Source: an uncultured Planctomycetota bacterium (GTDB taxonomy: Bacteria; Planctomycetota; Planctomycetia; Isosphaerales; Isosphaeraceae). Taken from it: 64,000 nt of DNA. Shown one piece after another: positions 47,646-58,081 of this stretch; the stretch's first letter is position 1; each line of letters starts with the position of its first letter. A program made the position numbers and the translations under genes. The notes under the pieces were generated by a model. That model ran no database searches, was not told where the DNA came from, and was given only the letters and a program-made list of their open reading frames with translations. The DNA is taken from contig CAWJTV010000033.1 in assembly GCA_963845755.1 (NCBI GenBank), positions 288,001 to 352,000 on the forward strand. Reading direction: 5' to 3'.

Positions 47646-49994
47646 ATGAGACGTGACATCATCGGATTGGCCCTGCTGTCGGCTCTCTGCATGGGATCGG
47701 CGGCCCTGGCCGCACGTCCGCAGATCAAGGACATCGCTCCATCCGGCGTCCAGCGGGGCGTGGCCATGGAGATCTCGATCACCGGCGCCAATCTCGCGGG
47801 GAATCCGCGATTGATCGCCCCGTTCGGGTTTCAGCTCAAGGAGCCCGGTCCGAAGAGCGATGCGGCGACCTGGAAGTTGAACCTCGTCGTCAAATCCGAC
47901 GTTGCGGTGGGTGCCTACCCGATCCGCGTCCAGACCGATGACGGAGTGTCCAACCCGTTCCTCCTGACGGTTGGCCAGCTCCCTCAGGTGGCGGAGAAGG
48001 AAGAGAACAGCACGTTCGAGTCGGCCCAACGGATCCCCGAGCCGCCGCTGGTCGTCGAAGGGGGCGTTTCGGGCAACGACGTCGATTATTTCCGGTTCCA
48101 GGGGCGGAAGGGACAGCACATCCTCGTGGACGCCCAGTGCGCGCGGATCGGCTCGGGCCTGGATCCGACAATCCGCCTGACGTCGGGGGGGCCGAGGCGA
48201 AGTTACGTCGCGTCGGCGGACGACACGCCCGGGCTCCTCACCGATGCCCGGCTCACGGCCGTGCTCCCCGAGGACGGCGACTATGTCGTCGAGATCTCCG
48301 ACTCGCGCTATCAAGGGGCGAGCCGGCCGGTGTATCGCCTGGTGATCGGTGACATCCCCGTGGCCGATGAGGTCTACCCGCTCGGTGGCCGGGCGGGGGA
48401 GACGATCGGCCTGGAGCTGCGCGGAGGGACGCTCGCCGGAGTCAAGGTCGCCGCGGCCATGGTGAATGCGCCGGTGGGGATGGATCTCTTCCAGCCGCGG
48501 GTCAGCGAGTGCACGATCGGCTTGCCCACGACCGGCGGGAGGAACCTCGACCTGGAATCGATCTCGCCGCGGGTCGTCTCCTCTTATCTTGAGCTGCGCG
48601 AGCCGGTCGAGCCGGCCGGTTCCCCGGTCCGGGCCGTCGCGCCGGTCGTGTTCAACGGACGGATCGATCCGCCCGGTGATGAGGATCGGTTTTCCCTGGT
48701 CGTGACGCCCGGCACCCGGGTGCGGATCGCGGTCCACGCTTACGACCTCGGCTCGGCGCTCGACGCCGTCCTGCGCGTCGAAGGCAAGGGTGGCGCGTCG
48801 ATCGCAAACGCCGACGACACCACAGTCCGGCTGCCGCCGAAGAACAACGTGCCCCAGTCGCTGATCCTCCCCGACCCCACGGTCAACATGACCGTGCCTG
48901 GCGGGACGAACGAGATCACGGTGGTGATCCGCGACCTCGAGCGGCGCGGCGGCGTGGGCTTCCCCTACCGGATCGTGGCCGAGCCCCTCGTGCCCGAATT
49001 CGAGCTCCAGGCGAATGAGCCGCAAGTGAGCATCCCTCGGGGTGGGACTGCCGCGGTCGGCGTGACCGTCAAGCGGAAGGGGTACAGCGGTGCGATCGGC
49101 ATCACCGTAATCGACCCGCCGGCCGGCCTGACCGTGCGCCCGGGCGTGATCGCCGACGGCCAGACCACGGGCGTCCTGTCCTTCACCGCGTCCGCCGAGG
49201 CCCGATTCCCGGCCGCAGCGATCAAGCTGGCCGGTCGTGGCGAGGGAACGAGCCCGCCCCTGGAACGGCAGGCGGTCGAGCCGATCGTCTTCGCCCTGCA
49301 GACGAATTTGCCCACCAGCGCGATGAACCAGTATGGGCTCGTCGTGGCGCCCGCCCTGCCGACGCCCGTCACGCTGGAGACGCCCCCCACGACCATCGAG
49401 GTCGCGCATGGGTTCGGCGCGACGATTCCCCTCAAGGTGGTCCGCGCCCAGGGTGCCGACGGAGAATTGGCCATCACGGCCCTTCCGCTCCCACCGGGCC
49501 TGACCGTTCCGGGAGACAAGATCGCCGCCAAGGCGACCGACGGGACCATACGGGTCCAGGCCGCACTGGCCTCGGCGCTCGGGACGATGACCATCGCGCT
49601 GCAAGGCAAGGGGAAGATCGCCAACGGCGATCGGGTGATCGATGCCCCGGCCGTGACCCTCGCCGTGGTCCGGCCCGCCGCCATCGAGCTCGCCAAGGCC
49701 ATCGACGTGAAGGCCGGCACCACGGCCGAGCTGAAGGGAAACCTCGTCCGGAAGGGAAGCTTCAACGGACCGGTGACCCTCAAGATCAACGGCCTGCCCG
49801 CCGGCCTGAAGGCCGATCCCGTCACGGTCGCCCCGGGTGCCCACGACTTCGTCCTGAAACTGGTCGCCGAGCCCAAGGCCGCCGCAGCCTCGGCGGGCGC
49901 CCAGGTCGCCGTGACCTTCCAGGTCGAGAAGAAGGACTATTCGTTTCCGCCGGTGCCCCTGGCCGTCAAGGTCCTTCCGGCCAAGCCGAATTGA
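47646..49994 (+). CDS. Exported PPC (pre-peptidase C-terminal)/Ig-like domain protein
   Basis: AGGAG RBS, signal peptide, EKEEN, DVDYFRF, IGSGLDP, GDEDRF motifs. Confidence 0.85.
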   Translation: MRRDIIGLALLSALCMGSAALAARPQIKDIAPSGVQRGVAMEISITGANLAGNPRLIAPFGFQLKEPGPKSDAATWKLNLVVKSDVAVGAYPIRVQTDDGVSNPFLLTVGQLPQVAEKEENSTFESAQRIPEPPLVVEGGVSGNDVDYFRFQGRKGQHILVDAQCARIGSGLDPTIRLTSGGPRRSYVASADDTPGLLTDARLTAVLPEDGDYVVEISDSRYQGASRPVYRLVIGDIPVADEVYPLGGRAGETIGLELRGGTLAGVKVAAAMVNAPVGMDLFQPRVSECTIGLPTTGGRNLDLESISPRVVSSYLELREPVEPAGSPVRAVAPVVFNGRIDPPGDEDRFSLVVTPGTRVRIAVHAYDLGSALDAVLRVEGKGGASIANADDTTVRLPPKNNVPQSLILPDPTVNMTVPGGTNEITVVIRDLERRGGVGFPYRIVAEPLVPEFELQANEPQVSIPRGGTAAVGVTVKRKGYSGAIGITVIDPPAGLTVRPGVIADGQTTGVLSFTASAEARFPAAAIKLAGRGEGTSPPLERQAVEPIVFALQTNLPTSAMNQYGLVVAPALPTPVTLETPPTTIEVAHGFGATIPLKVVRAQGADGELAITALPLPPGLTVPGDKIAAKATDGTIRVQAALASALGTMTIALQGKGKIANGDRVIDAPAVTLAVVRPAAIELAKAIDVKAGTTAELKGNLVRKGSFNGPVTLKINGLPAGLKADPVTVAPGAHDFVLKLVAEPKAAAASAGAQVAVTFQVEKKDYSFPPVPLAVKVLPAKPN

Positions 49995-50139
49995 GAAAAC
50001 GATTGGAACACGAAGTCAACGAAAAAAACCTCGGAGATCCCGAGAACGCGCCCAAACTTCACCGGGTACTTCAGTTTCTGGTAGACCGTCATCTCGGACC
50101 AGGTGGACCAGACAGTCCGGACCAGGGAGAAACCTCACG

Positions 50140-51699
50140 ATGTCCCGACTCCTCGATCGTTTCGCTTCGACGCCCATTCTGTCCCTCGCCCTGACCCTGT
50201 CGATCCTCGCGCCGACCCGCGGTGCCCAAGGTCAAGAGCCGGCCAAGAAGAAGGCAACGGCAACAACGGCCCCGATCGCGACCAAGAGCGAGCCGCAGAA
50301 GACCCCGGCAGAGACGGCCAAGCCCAAGGCTCCCGCGCCGCGCAGGAGCCCAAGCCCAGCGCCTCCTGCTCCCGCGCCCGGCGTGAAACCGCTCAGCTTC
50401 ATCCGCGACGTTGCGCCGATCCTGGTCGAGAACTGCATTGCTTGCCACAACCCCCGGAAGTCGGAGAGCAAGTACGTGATGACGACGTTCGCCCAGCTCG
50501 CCAAGGGCGGCCAGCAGGGGGAAGGGATCACGCTGGAGCCCGGTAAGCCCGACGAGAGTCGCTTCATCGAACTGGTTCGCCACGACGGCCAGCCACGGAT
50601 GCCCTACAAGCAAGACCCGCTCCCCCCGGAGAAGATCGCGACCCTCGAGCACTGGGTGACCCAGGGAGCCAAGTACGACGGAGGCGCGCCCACCGAGGAC
50701 TGGACCATCGTCCTCCGCAAGACGCAGCACGCCACGGTCCCGACGGCTTACCCGATGACCGTCCCGATCACTGCCCTGGCCTTCACCCAGGATGGCTCAG
50801 CAATCGCCACATCAGGTTATCACGAAATCACATTCTGGAAGATGAAGGATTCTTCGCTGGACCACCGGCTCGGGGGCCTGGCCGAGCGGGTCTACGACAT
50901 CGCCTACAGCCCGGACGGCAAGTGGATGGCGACCGCCAGCGGCGACCCGGGTATCTACGGGGTGGCCAAACTGTGGTCCGTCGAGTCGAACGGGGCGGTC
51001 AAGCCGGTTCGCGAGCTCGTCGAGACGCAGGATGTGGTCTTCTCGGTGGCCTTCAGCGCCGATGGCAAGAAAGTGGCCGCGGCCGGCGCCGATCGCACGA
51101 TCCGGGTCTTCGAGGTCGAGACCGGCAAGACACTGGTCCAGATCGAGGACCATGCCGACTGGATCTTCGCGATCGCCTTCAGCCCCGACGGCAAGCGACT
51201 GGCCAGCGCCAGCCGGGATAAGACGAGCAAGGTCTTCGACATCGAGAAGAAAGAGTCCCTGGTGACGTTCCCCGGACACGCCCAGCCGGTCTACACGGTT
51301 TCGTTCACGCCCGATGGCAAGCAAGTCGCGACCGGCGGCGAGGACAATCAGATCCGGGTCTGGGACCCCGACAAGGACGGCCGGCAGGTCCGCAACATCG
51401 GCGGGTTCGGCGGCATCGTGTTCCGCCTCCGATACACGCCCGACGGCCAGGCCCTCGTCGCGTGCAGCGCCGATAAGGTCGTCCACGTCTTCAAGCCTTC
51501 GGGGACGTCCATCCGCAAACTGACCGGCCACCAGGACTGGGTGTACTCGCTGGCGATTTCGCGCGACGGCAAGACGATCGCCTCGGGGAGCTGGGACGGC
51601 GACGTCCGCCTCTGGAACCTCGCCGATGGCAAGCCCCTCCGGAACTTCTTCGCCGCGCCGGGCTACAAACCGGGCACGACCACGGCCGCGGCGCATTGA
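50140..51699 (+). CDS. Planctomycete cytochrome c domain plus WD40 repeat protein
   Basis: SFIRDVAPILVENCIACH...RMP...WVTQGA; WD40 repeats. Confidence 0.9.
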   Translation: MSRLLDRFASTPILSLALTLSILAPTRGAQGQEPAKKKATATTAPIATKSEPQKTPAETAKPKAPAPRRSPSPAPPAPAPGVKPLSFIRDVAPILVENCIACHNPRKSESKYVMTTFAQLAKGGQQGEGITLEPGKPDESRFIELVRHDGQPRMPYKQDPLPPEKIATLEHWVTQGAKYDGGAPTEDWTIVLRKTQHATVPTAYPMTVPITALAFTQDGSAIATSGYHEITFWKMKDSSLDHRLGGLAERVYDIAYSPDGKWMATASGDPGIYGVAKLWSVESNGAVKPVRELVETQDVVFSVAFSADGKKVAAAGADRTIRVFEVETGKTLVQIEDHADWIFAIAFSPDGKRLASASRDKTSKVFDIEKKESLVTFPGHAQPVYTVSFTPDGKQVATGGEDNQIRVWDPDKDGRQVRNIGGFGGIVFRLRYTPDGQALVACSADKVVHVFKPSGTSIRKLTGHQDWVYSLAISRDGKTIASGSWDGDVRLWNLADGKPLRNFFAAPGYKPGTTTAAAH

Positions 51700-51745
51700 T
51701 GGGAATTCCAGGTCCGATCCTAATTCTCGCTCCACCGCCGATTGC

Positions 51746-52912
51746 TCATCCGAAGAGTTCACGGATCGGCCTGGCGTTTTCGAGGATCGGGCGGGATTCG
51801 CCATCGGATCCCGTGAGGTATCGTGACGCGTCGATCCCCAGGCTGTGGTAGATCGTGGCCAGGATTTCGGGAAGAGTGACGGGTCGCTCGGCCGGAGCGG
51901 CGGCGTGGGCATCGCTGGCGCCGATGACCTGTCCGCCGCGGACGCCGCCGCCGGCCAGGGCCACGCTCCAGACGTCCGGCCAGTGATCGCGGCCGCCGTT
52001 GGCATTGATGCGAGGTGTTCGGCCGAACTCGCCCGCGGCGACAACCAGCGTCGAATCCAGCCGGCCGGAATGTTCCAGGTCGTCGAGCAGGGCGGCGAAC
52101 GCGCGGTCGAAGGTCGGCAGCAGGTCGCTGGCGTAATCGCCGAGCGTGCTGAACGGCGCCGAGCCGTGGCAGTCCCAGGTGACGCGGTTGAACACGGTCT
52201 CGAACATGTTGACGGTCACGACCCGCACCCCGGACTCGACCAGTCGGCGGGCGAGCAGGCAATTCTGGCCGAAGGTCGTCCGCCCATAAGCATCGCGGTC
52301 CGAATCAGACTCACTCGCGACGGCCCGATCGGCGTCCATGTGGGACGAGTCGAAGGCCGAACCCAGCCAACCGGCCGATTGGCCATGGGGGATGTCGACC
52401 CCCGTGCTCGCCAGGGGACCCGGCAGGATCATCGATGGTGACATGGATCGTCTCATTGACTCGACTCGGGCCACCACGGAGCCCAGGTGAGGAGCGTCTT
52501 CACCGGCCCGGTAAAGTCGGCCGGTCTGGAGCAACTGGTGGCCGGTCTCGTGGATCGGGGCCGCGTCGTGATAGACGGACCGGATCAGCGCGACTCGGTC
52601 GAATCGCGATGCCAGCCGCGGGAGGTGCTCGGAGAGCCGGACTCCGGGGCACTGAGTGGCGATCGATCCGAACGGGCCGCGGATCTCCGACGGGGCGTCG
52701 GGTTTGGGATCGAACGTCTCGAGCTGGCTGGGACCGCCGACCATCAAGAGCAGGATGACCGACCGCTCGGGTTCGGATCGGGCCGCCTTGAGGGCATTCT
52801 GACCCCCGAGCGCCAGGGACCAGGCGCCGAACCCGGCCCCTCCTACGCGCAGGAAATCCCGACGCGTCATCCCCGTGCAGGTTTGCGAGAGGCCCCGGCC
52901 GATTGTAAGCAT
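51746..52912 (-). CDS. DUF1501 family protein
   Basis: TRRDFL, GGPSQLETFDPKP, LLARRLVESGV, GEFGRTP, GRDHW. Confidence 0.92.
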   Translation of the reverse strand: MLTIGRGLSQTCTGMTRRDFLRVGGAGFGAWSLALGGQNALKAARSEPERSVILLLMVGGPSQLETFDPKPDAPSEIRGPFGSIATQCPGVRLSEHLPRLASRFDRVALIRSVYHDAAPIHETGHQLLQTGRLYRAGEDAPHLGSVVARVESMRRSMSPSMILPGPLASTGVDIPHGQSAGWLGSAFDSSHMDADRAVASESDSDRDAYGRTTFGQNCLLARRLVESGVRVVTVNMFETVFNRVTWDCHGSAPFSTLGDYASDLLPTFDRAFAALLDDLEHSGRLDSTLVVAAGEFGRTPRINANGGRDHWPDVWSVALAGGGVRGGQVIGASDAHAAAPAERPVTLPEILATIYHSLGIDASRYLTGSDGESRPILENARPIRELFG

Positions 52913-53199
52913 GGCATCACTCCTTGCAGTTTGCGACGACGGCCATCGTAACACCCGGAATCCTTGCACAAAAGAGCCGTCAGGGCCCCGCGGCCCCGCT
53001 GAAGTCCGCGGGTCGGCCGGCAAGGCTCGAAAGTGCCTCCGGACCTCGGCACGATTGCTCCGATTCTGACGATTGCAGGGATAAACGGGGATATAGTGGA
53101 TCTGGGCGAAATCGGGGGAATCGATTTGACCTGATTGATCCATTGAGCCGATAGAATCGACAAGTTGAGATCGATCTGCTTAAGGAGGGTCGGGTCGCC

Positions 53200-54816
53200 A
53201 TGTCGAGAGTCCAGTGGAGCCTGTCCGTCGGCTTGGTCGGACTCGCCATGGCCGTGGCGTCGACCGGGACGGTCCGGGCCCAGGCGCCGACGATCGAACA
53301 GACCGGCCAGATGCAGAGCGGGATCGGCAGCACGACACCCGGTTCGTCTCAGTCGCTCCTTGGGCCCATGCCCGGCGGCGGTGCGACCCTGCCGGGGATT
53401 CAGCCGGGCCGTGACGAGCTGCTGCTGAGCCGGGCGGGGCCGTCGGTCCCCCGGGTGCCGACCTCGATCACGATGCCGGGTGGGACCTACCAGGGCCCGC
53501 CCACCGGCCGGGGCATCACCGCGCCCCTGCCGCTCCCCGCGCCGAGACCGCCCTTCTACGGCCGCCTCGAGTTACCGAGCGGTCCCCAGGACGATGGCCC
53601 AGCCAACGGATTGACCATCGGCCACGCACTGGACCAGTACGTCCATGAGAACCTCGACCTGCGAGCCCAGTACCTGGAGATCCCCCAGGCTCGCGCCGAC
53701 GTCCTGACGGCCAGCCTACGCGCCAATCCGATCTTCTACGCCGACACCCAGTTGATCCCTTATGGAGCCTTCAGCACGGCGCGGCCCGCCGGCCCAACCC
53801 AGTACGACGTGAACATCTCGCACCCGATCGACTTTTCCCACAAGCGACAGGCCCGGACCATCTTCGCCGAGGCGAACCTGCGGGTGACCGAGAACATGTA
53901 TCAGAACGCCGTCCGCCTGGGCCTGGGAAACGTCTATTCCGCCTACGTGGATGTGCTGGCGGCCCGGCAGACGATGCGTTCTTCCCGGGTCGCCCTCAAG
54001 GGACTCGACGAAGTGCTCCGGGCGATGGAGGCCATGTTCGAGAAGGACACCACGACCAGCGCCGAGGTCGATCAGATCCGGGCCGACCGTGAGATCGCGG
54101 CCATCGGGCTCGTCGACGCCCAGGAGAACGTCCGCCGTGCGAATCGGATCCTGGGAGAGTTACTCAACATCCCGGCGGATCTGGCCGAGGCGCTGGAAGT
54201 GCGCGGGACGCTGGAAGACGACGCACCACCACCGCCTTCGGACCAGGAGCTGATCCACCTGGCGTTAGATTCCCGGCCCGATGTCGCGGCTTACCGGCTC
54301 GGTGTCCAGGCGGCGGAAGCCGGCTTCAAACTCCAGCTCGCCAACCGCTTCGCGGACGCATACTTGCTCTATCAGCCATTCACTTATCAGAATAACGTAC
54401 CCTACGGCGGCAGGGGAAGCGTGCCGTCGTGGGCGGTGGGGATCACGGTCCCGTTGCCGCTTTACAATCGAAACCAGGGGAATATCGAACGCGCCCGGAT
54501 CAATATCGATCAGACCCGGGTCCAACTCGCCGCGCTCGAGCGCAGCGTGACAACCCAGGTTCAGCAGGCGGTGAACGAATACCGCGTCAGCCAGCAGATC
54601 GTCCGGCGGATTCGCGGTCAGGTGGATCCGGTCTTGAGACGATTCGTACAGGCCCGGGCGAGCCTCTTCCAGGAGGGGGAGAAGACGGTTTTCGAATTCC
54701 GCGACGCCGAGCGGCGCTATCACGACCATGTCCGTGTCTATCAAGATTGGGCTGCGCGCCATCGCAAGGCGATGCTCCAGCTCAACACGGCGGTTGGCCA
54801 ACGGATCCTGCCGTGA
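53200..54816 (+). CDS. TolC/CzcC-family outer membrane efflux protein
   Basis: Signal peptide; QARADVLTASLRANP, RPDVAA, VPLPLYNRNQGNI. Confidence 0.88.
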   Translation: MSRVQWSLSVGLVGLAMAVASTGTVRAQAPTIEQTGQMQSGIGSTTPGSSQSLLGPMPGGGATLPGIQPGRDELLLSRAGPSVPRVPTSITMPGGTYQGPPTGRGITAPLPLPAPRPPFYGRLELPSGPQDDGPANGLTIGHALDQYVHENLDLRAQYLEIPQARADVLTASLRANPIFYADTQLIPYGAFSTARPAGPTQYDVNISHPIDFSHKRQARTIFAEANLRVTENMYQNAVRLGLGNVYSAYVDVLAARQTMRSSRVALKGLDEVLRAMEAMFEKDTTTSAEVDQIRADREIAAIGLVDAQENVRRANRILGELLNIPADLAEALEVRGTLEDDAPPPPSDQELIHLALDSRPDVAAYRLGVQAAEAGFKLQLANRFADAYLLYQPFTYQNNVPYGGRGSVPSWAVGITVPLPLYNRNQGNIERARINIDQTRVQLAALERSVTTQVQQAVNEYRVSQQIVRRIRGQVDPVLRRFVQARASLFQEGEKTVFEFRDAERRYHDHVRVYQDWAARHRKAMLQLNTAVGQRILP

Positions 54817-54826
54817 AAGGGACCGT

Positions 54827-54865
54827 AAAAAAAGTTGGCCAGGGCTCGCGCTCGAACCCTGGCCA
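54827..54865 (-). terminator. Intrinsic terminator downstream of the ArsR gene
   Basis: TGGCCAGGG/CCCTGGCCA stem followed on the minus strand by T7. Confidence 0.55.
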
Positions 54866-54983
54866 CGGCCGACAGAGACCCCGGGGATTCCCGGGGCTGG
54901 ATGGAAAGACGACCCGCCGCGATGATCATCCGCTCATCAGTGCGTTGGCGGGGCGTCGGTCCACGACGGAATCGAGAAGGTGT

Positions 54984-55346
54984 TCAACCGATCAAGTTCT
55001 TCACGACGCGGGCCAGGTCGGCACCGGTTTCGGTCAGGCTATAGAAGTTATTCTTGCCCTGACGTCGCGGGGCGATGATGCCGCCGTGGCGGAGCAGGGC
55101 GAGGTGATGGCTCACCGCGGGCTGGCTCTGGCTCAACTGGGCGCACAGGGCGCCGACGTGCCGCTCACCCTCGGCGAGGATCAGGATCACCTGGAGGCGC
55201 GTCGGGTCGCTGACATGCTTGAGCAAGATGGATGCGCAGCGCGCCTGTTGATATCTCTGCTCAGCCCCACGGACAGCCTTGGGCTTGGAAGCGACCGTCT
55301 TGGTCATCGTCGCGGTCTTGACGCTGGATTTGGTTGCTGGCGGCAT
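54984..55346 (-). CDS. ArsR/SmtB-family transcriptional regulator
   Basis: SDPTRLQVI, SQPAVSHHLALLR, RRQGKNNFYSL. Confidence 0.92.
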   Translation of the reverse strand: MPPATKSSVKTATMTKTVASKPKAVRGAEQRYQQARCASILLKHVSDPTRLQVILILAEGERHVGALCAQLSQSQPAVSHHLALLRHGGIIAPRRQGKNNFYSLTETGADLARVVKNLIG

Positions 55347-55813
55347 GATAACATCTCCTCTCCATGAATCGGTCTCGATTGGTAGCCCAAATGGGTCCGC
55401 ACCCCGGCCTCTCTACTCTGGCATCATCCGAAATCGCGGGTCTGCGCGGCCGAGCCGATCGACAGGGGACTATCATTCCGCCCCCCGACGACGGTCGTCT
55501 GACGTAAACCGATACCGCCCCGGTAGAAGCGGCCGGATCGCTCGCCCCTGACGCAAACCTTCAGCACACGAAAACGGCTCCATCACCATCTTGCGCGTAC
55601 GTATCTCAACGTGGGTGCTTATCGACATCTTAAAGTTATTCCAACAACTGTCAACGGTAATCTGCAAGTTTTATCCTTCTTTGATTCGGCACATTTGTTC
55701 GACCCAATCCCTTCGGGGCGGTTGCACCCATTCCGGACACACGTGTCCTCATATCACAAGCATGTGCCGAGATGAGTGTTGCAGCGAATCGGCCGGGCGA
55801 GGGACGTCGCCGT

Positions 55814-56818
55814 TCACCGCCGCCCTTCGGGGAGCAGGGAATAGATCGTCTTGAGGAAATCGGCCGTCTCCCAATGATTCGCCTGCGTCCCCACCTCCAG
55901 GCGGGCCAGATTGCCCCGGGGATCGATCACGGCCGTGGCGAGATTATGCGCGATATCCGTTCCGTCCGGCCCGAAGCGGAGCCCCAACGGGGCCGCGATC
56001 TTGGCCAGTTCCTGGTGCGAAGCGACCGCATAGGACCACAACGGCGGGACGGCGCCGCGGATCTGTGCATGCTTGCGCAAGACCTCGGGCGTGTCGTGGT
56101 CGGGATCGAAAGACAGGGAAATCAGGCGGATGTCCTTGGCGCGGTTGGGAAAAGCGCCGAGATGTTGCGCCAGATTAGAGAACTTGCGGTCCATGAGCGG
56201 ACAAAAATCCGGCATGGGACAACGTGTATAAATGAACGTAAGAACAATGACCTTACCTCGCAAATCGGAAAGTTTGGATCGCTGGCCGTCCTGTCCGGTC
56301 ATCGTGAACTCCGGTACCGGATCGCCCACCTGGAGCTGCGGGGCTTGCTGACGGACCTGAACCTTTCCTTTCGAGAGATCGAGGACCTTGGCCGGCGGCT
56401 CCGCCGGTCGGGTCACTTTCAGGTCGAGGAGGAGGTAATCCTTGACGGCCCCGTCCTCTTTCTCGACTCGCAAGGTCCCTTCGACATGATCGCCGGGTTG
56501 GAGCGTCTCGAGGACATCATGGTTGGCCGGCTTGAACGGCATGGTCATCGCGCCCATGAAGCCGGGGATTTCTCGGTGCCGGATCAAGACTTGACCAGAC
56601 TTCGGATCGACCGACCGGACCACACCCTCGAGCGTGTAGTCGGTCACCACCGGTCCGGCGGGCTTCGCGGGAGTCCGCCGGCTGGCAGCCGGACCCTTGA
56701 TGACGGCGGCGTCTCTCCCGTTGCAACCGGCGGCAAGCCAGGCCGTTACGATCAGGAGTCCGAGATGACCGGCGATCGCCATGGTCCGGCCGGAACGTCT
56801 CGCGGTCTCGTCGATCAT
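55814..56818 (-). CDS. SCO-family lipoprotein with N-terminal CusF-like copper-binding domain (start uncertain)
   Basis: LAAGC lipobox; H.EIPGFMGAMTMPF; FIYTRCPMPDFCP; SFDPDHDTPE. Confidence 0.88.
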   Translation of the reverse strand: MIDETARRSGRTMAIAGHLGLLIVTAWLAAGCNGRDAAVIKGPAASRRTPAKPAGPVVTDYTLEGVVRSVDPKSGQVLIRHREIPGFMGAMTMPFKPANHDVLETLQPGDHVEGTLRVEKEDGAVKDYLLLDLKVTRPAEPPAKVLDLSKGKVQVRQQAPQLQVGDPVPEFTMTGQDGQRSKLSDLRGKVIVLTFIYTRCPMPDFCPLMDRKFSNLAQHLGAFPNRAKDIRLISLSFDPDHDTPEVLRKHAQIRGAVPPLWSYAVASHQELAKIAAPLGLRFGPDGTDIAHNLATAVIDPRGNLARLEVGTQANHWETADFLKTIYSLLPEGRR

Positions 56819-56974
56819 GGTCCGTGGCCGCGCCGTGCGGGACCTCGGCTCCGAGCTGGTGGATGCATCGCAAGAATGATCAACGCTCAATGAACTTAAA
56901 CCTCAATTTGAAAAGGATTTCCATCCATCTAATTCTTTAAATTTGTTATCGTAAATCCATTCACCCCCGTCCGC

Positions 56975-57741
56975 TCAGAAGGGGAACGTCTCGTCGAGCG
57001 GACTGGCGGCCAGCTCCTGGAGGAATCGCCCGATCCGCTCGGCGACCAGGTCCGTGAGGGCCTCTCCCTTCTCGGCCGTGGCGGCGCGGATCGCCGGCCC
57101 CCGAGTTCGTCGTCAGCAGGTGCCAGGGGCGAGTGATCTCGACCCAACCCCGGTTGATCGCCTCGAACCGCGTCGGCCTGGTCTGCGCCGGAGTCGGCCT
57201 GTTCCGGCGCGACCAAGCCGGCGAAGTGGGCCAAGCCCATGCTGGTTTCCATCTCGCCCGCGTGGTCGTCCTTCTCCCGAAAGATGGTGGAGTAGACATC
57301 CGAGGCCACCTTATACCAATTGCACAGAAAAAGGTGCACTCGGGTCGATCGGTGCAGCTCCCGCAGCACCCATTTCAGATCGTTGCCGCCGTGGCCGTTG
57401 AGGAGCAGGCAACGGCCGATCTGGTGGGCTTCCAGCGATTCCACCAGGTCGGCGATCACCCGCGCCAGCGTCGACGGGTTCACATTCATCGCCATCGGGA
57501 ATTTCATCTGGTTGGTCTCGGTCCCGTAGGGTAACGCCGGGAGCTGCACGACCCGCGCCCCATGGCGGTGCGCCCAGGCGCAGGCCCGCCCGGCGATGAC
57601 CTCGACCTGGAACGTGTCCGTGCCGTAGGGAAGATGGAGGTTGTGGGGCTCCGTCGCTCCCAGGGGGAGGACCGCGACCTCGAACGGCGCCTCTCCCTTG
57701 ATCTGCCCATAGTTGAGCTCGGCCAGTCGCCAGAGATCCAT
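56975..57741 (-). CDS. Creatininase family amidohydrolase (frameshifts near 3' end)
   Basis: LPLGATEPHNLHLPYGTD, LNGHGGN, HAGEMETS. Confidence 0.9.
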
Positions 57742-58081
57742 CGTCAGGTCTTCCTCGATGACAATCATGAGAGTTTGAACGATTGCATCCGTACGGCGGG
57801 AGAGGCGCGGGCGGGGCTAGAGGCATTGCGGGGGCGGGGGCGCTCCGTTAGATTTTACCTCCGTAGGTCCTCCGCGTCGTGCCGCAGGTCGATTGGGCCG
57901 ACGAATTCGAGATCCCGGATTCCAAATCCCAGACTCCGTAAGAGGATGTGTCGAGGATCCGCGGTCGAAGACCGCGAGCGTCGGATTGGGAATCCCTCCT
58001 GGGACACGGCGGAGCCGGACGCGGATCGGGACGATTCGAGGCACTCTCCCTGGGTCCTGTTATCCAGAGAACGGCGGTCTG

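Noticed and set aside
47481..49844. Long antisense ORFs (also 10529..12292, 26142..27656, 28681..30165, 55772..56893 and others)
   Set aside because: Shadow frames of well-supported genes in high-GC DNA with no recognisable motifs
57905..57939. Five degenerate 7-mer units (ATYCCRR-like) upstream of gdh
   Set aside because: Short and degenerate, with no evidence of function
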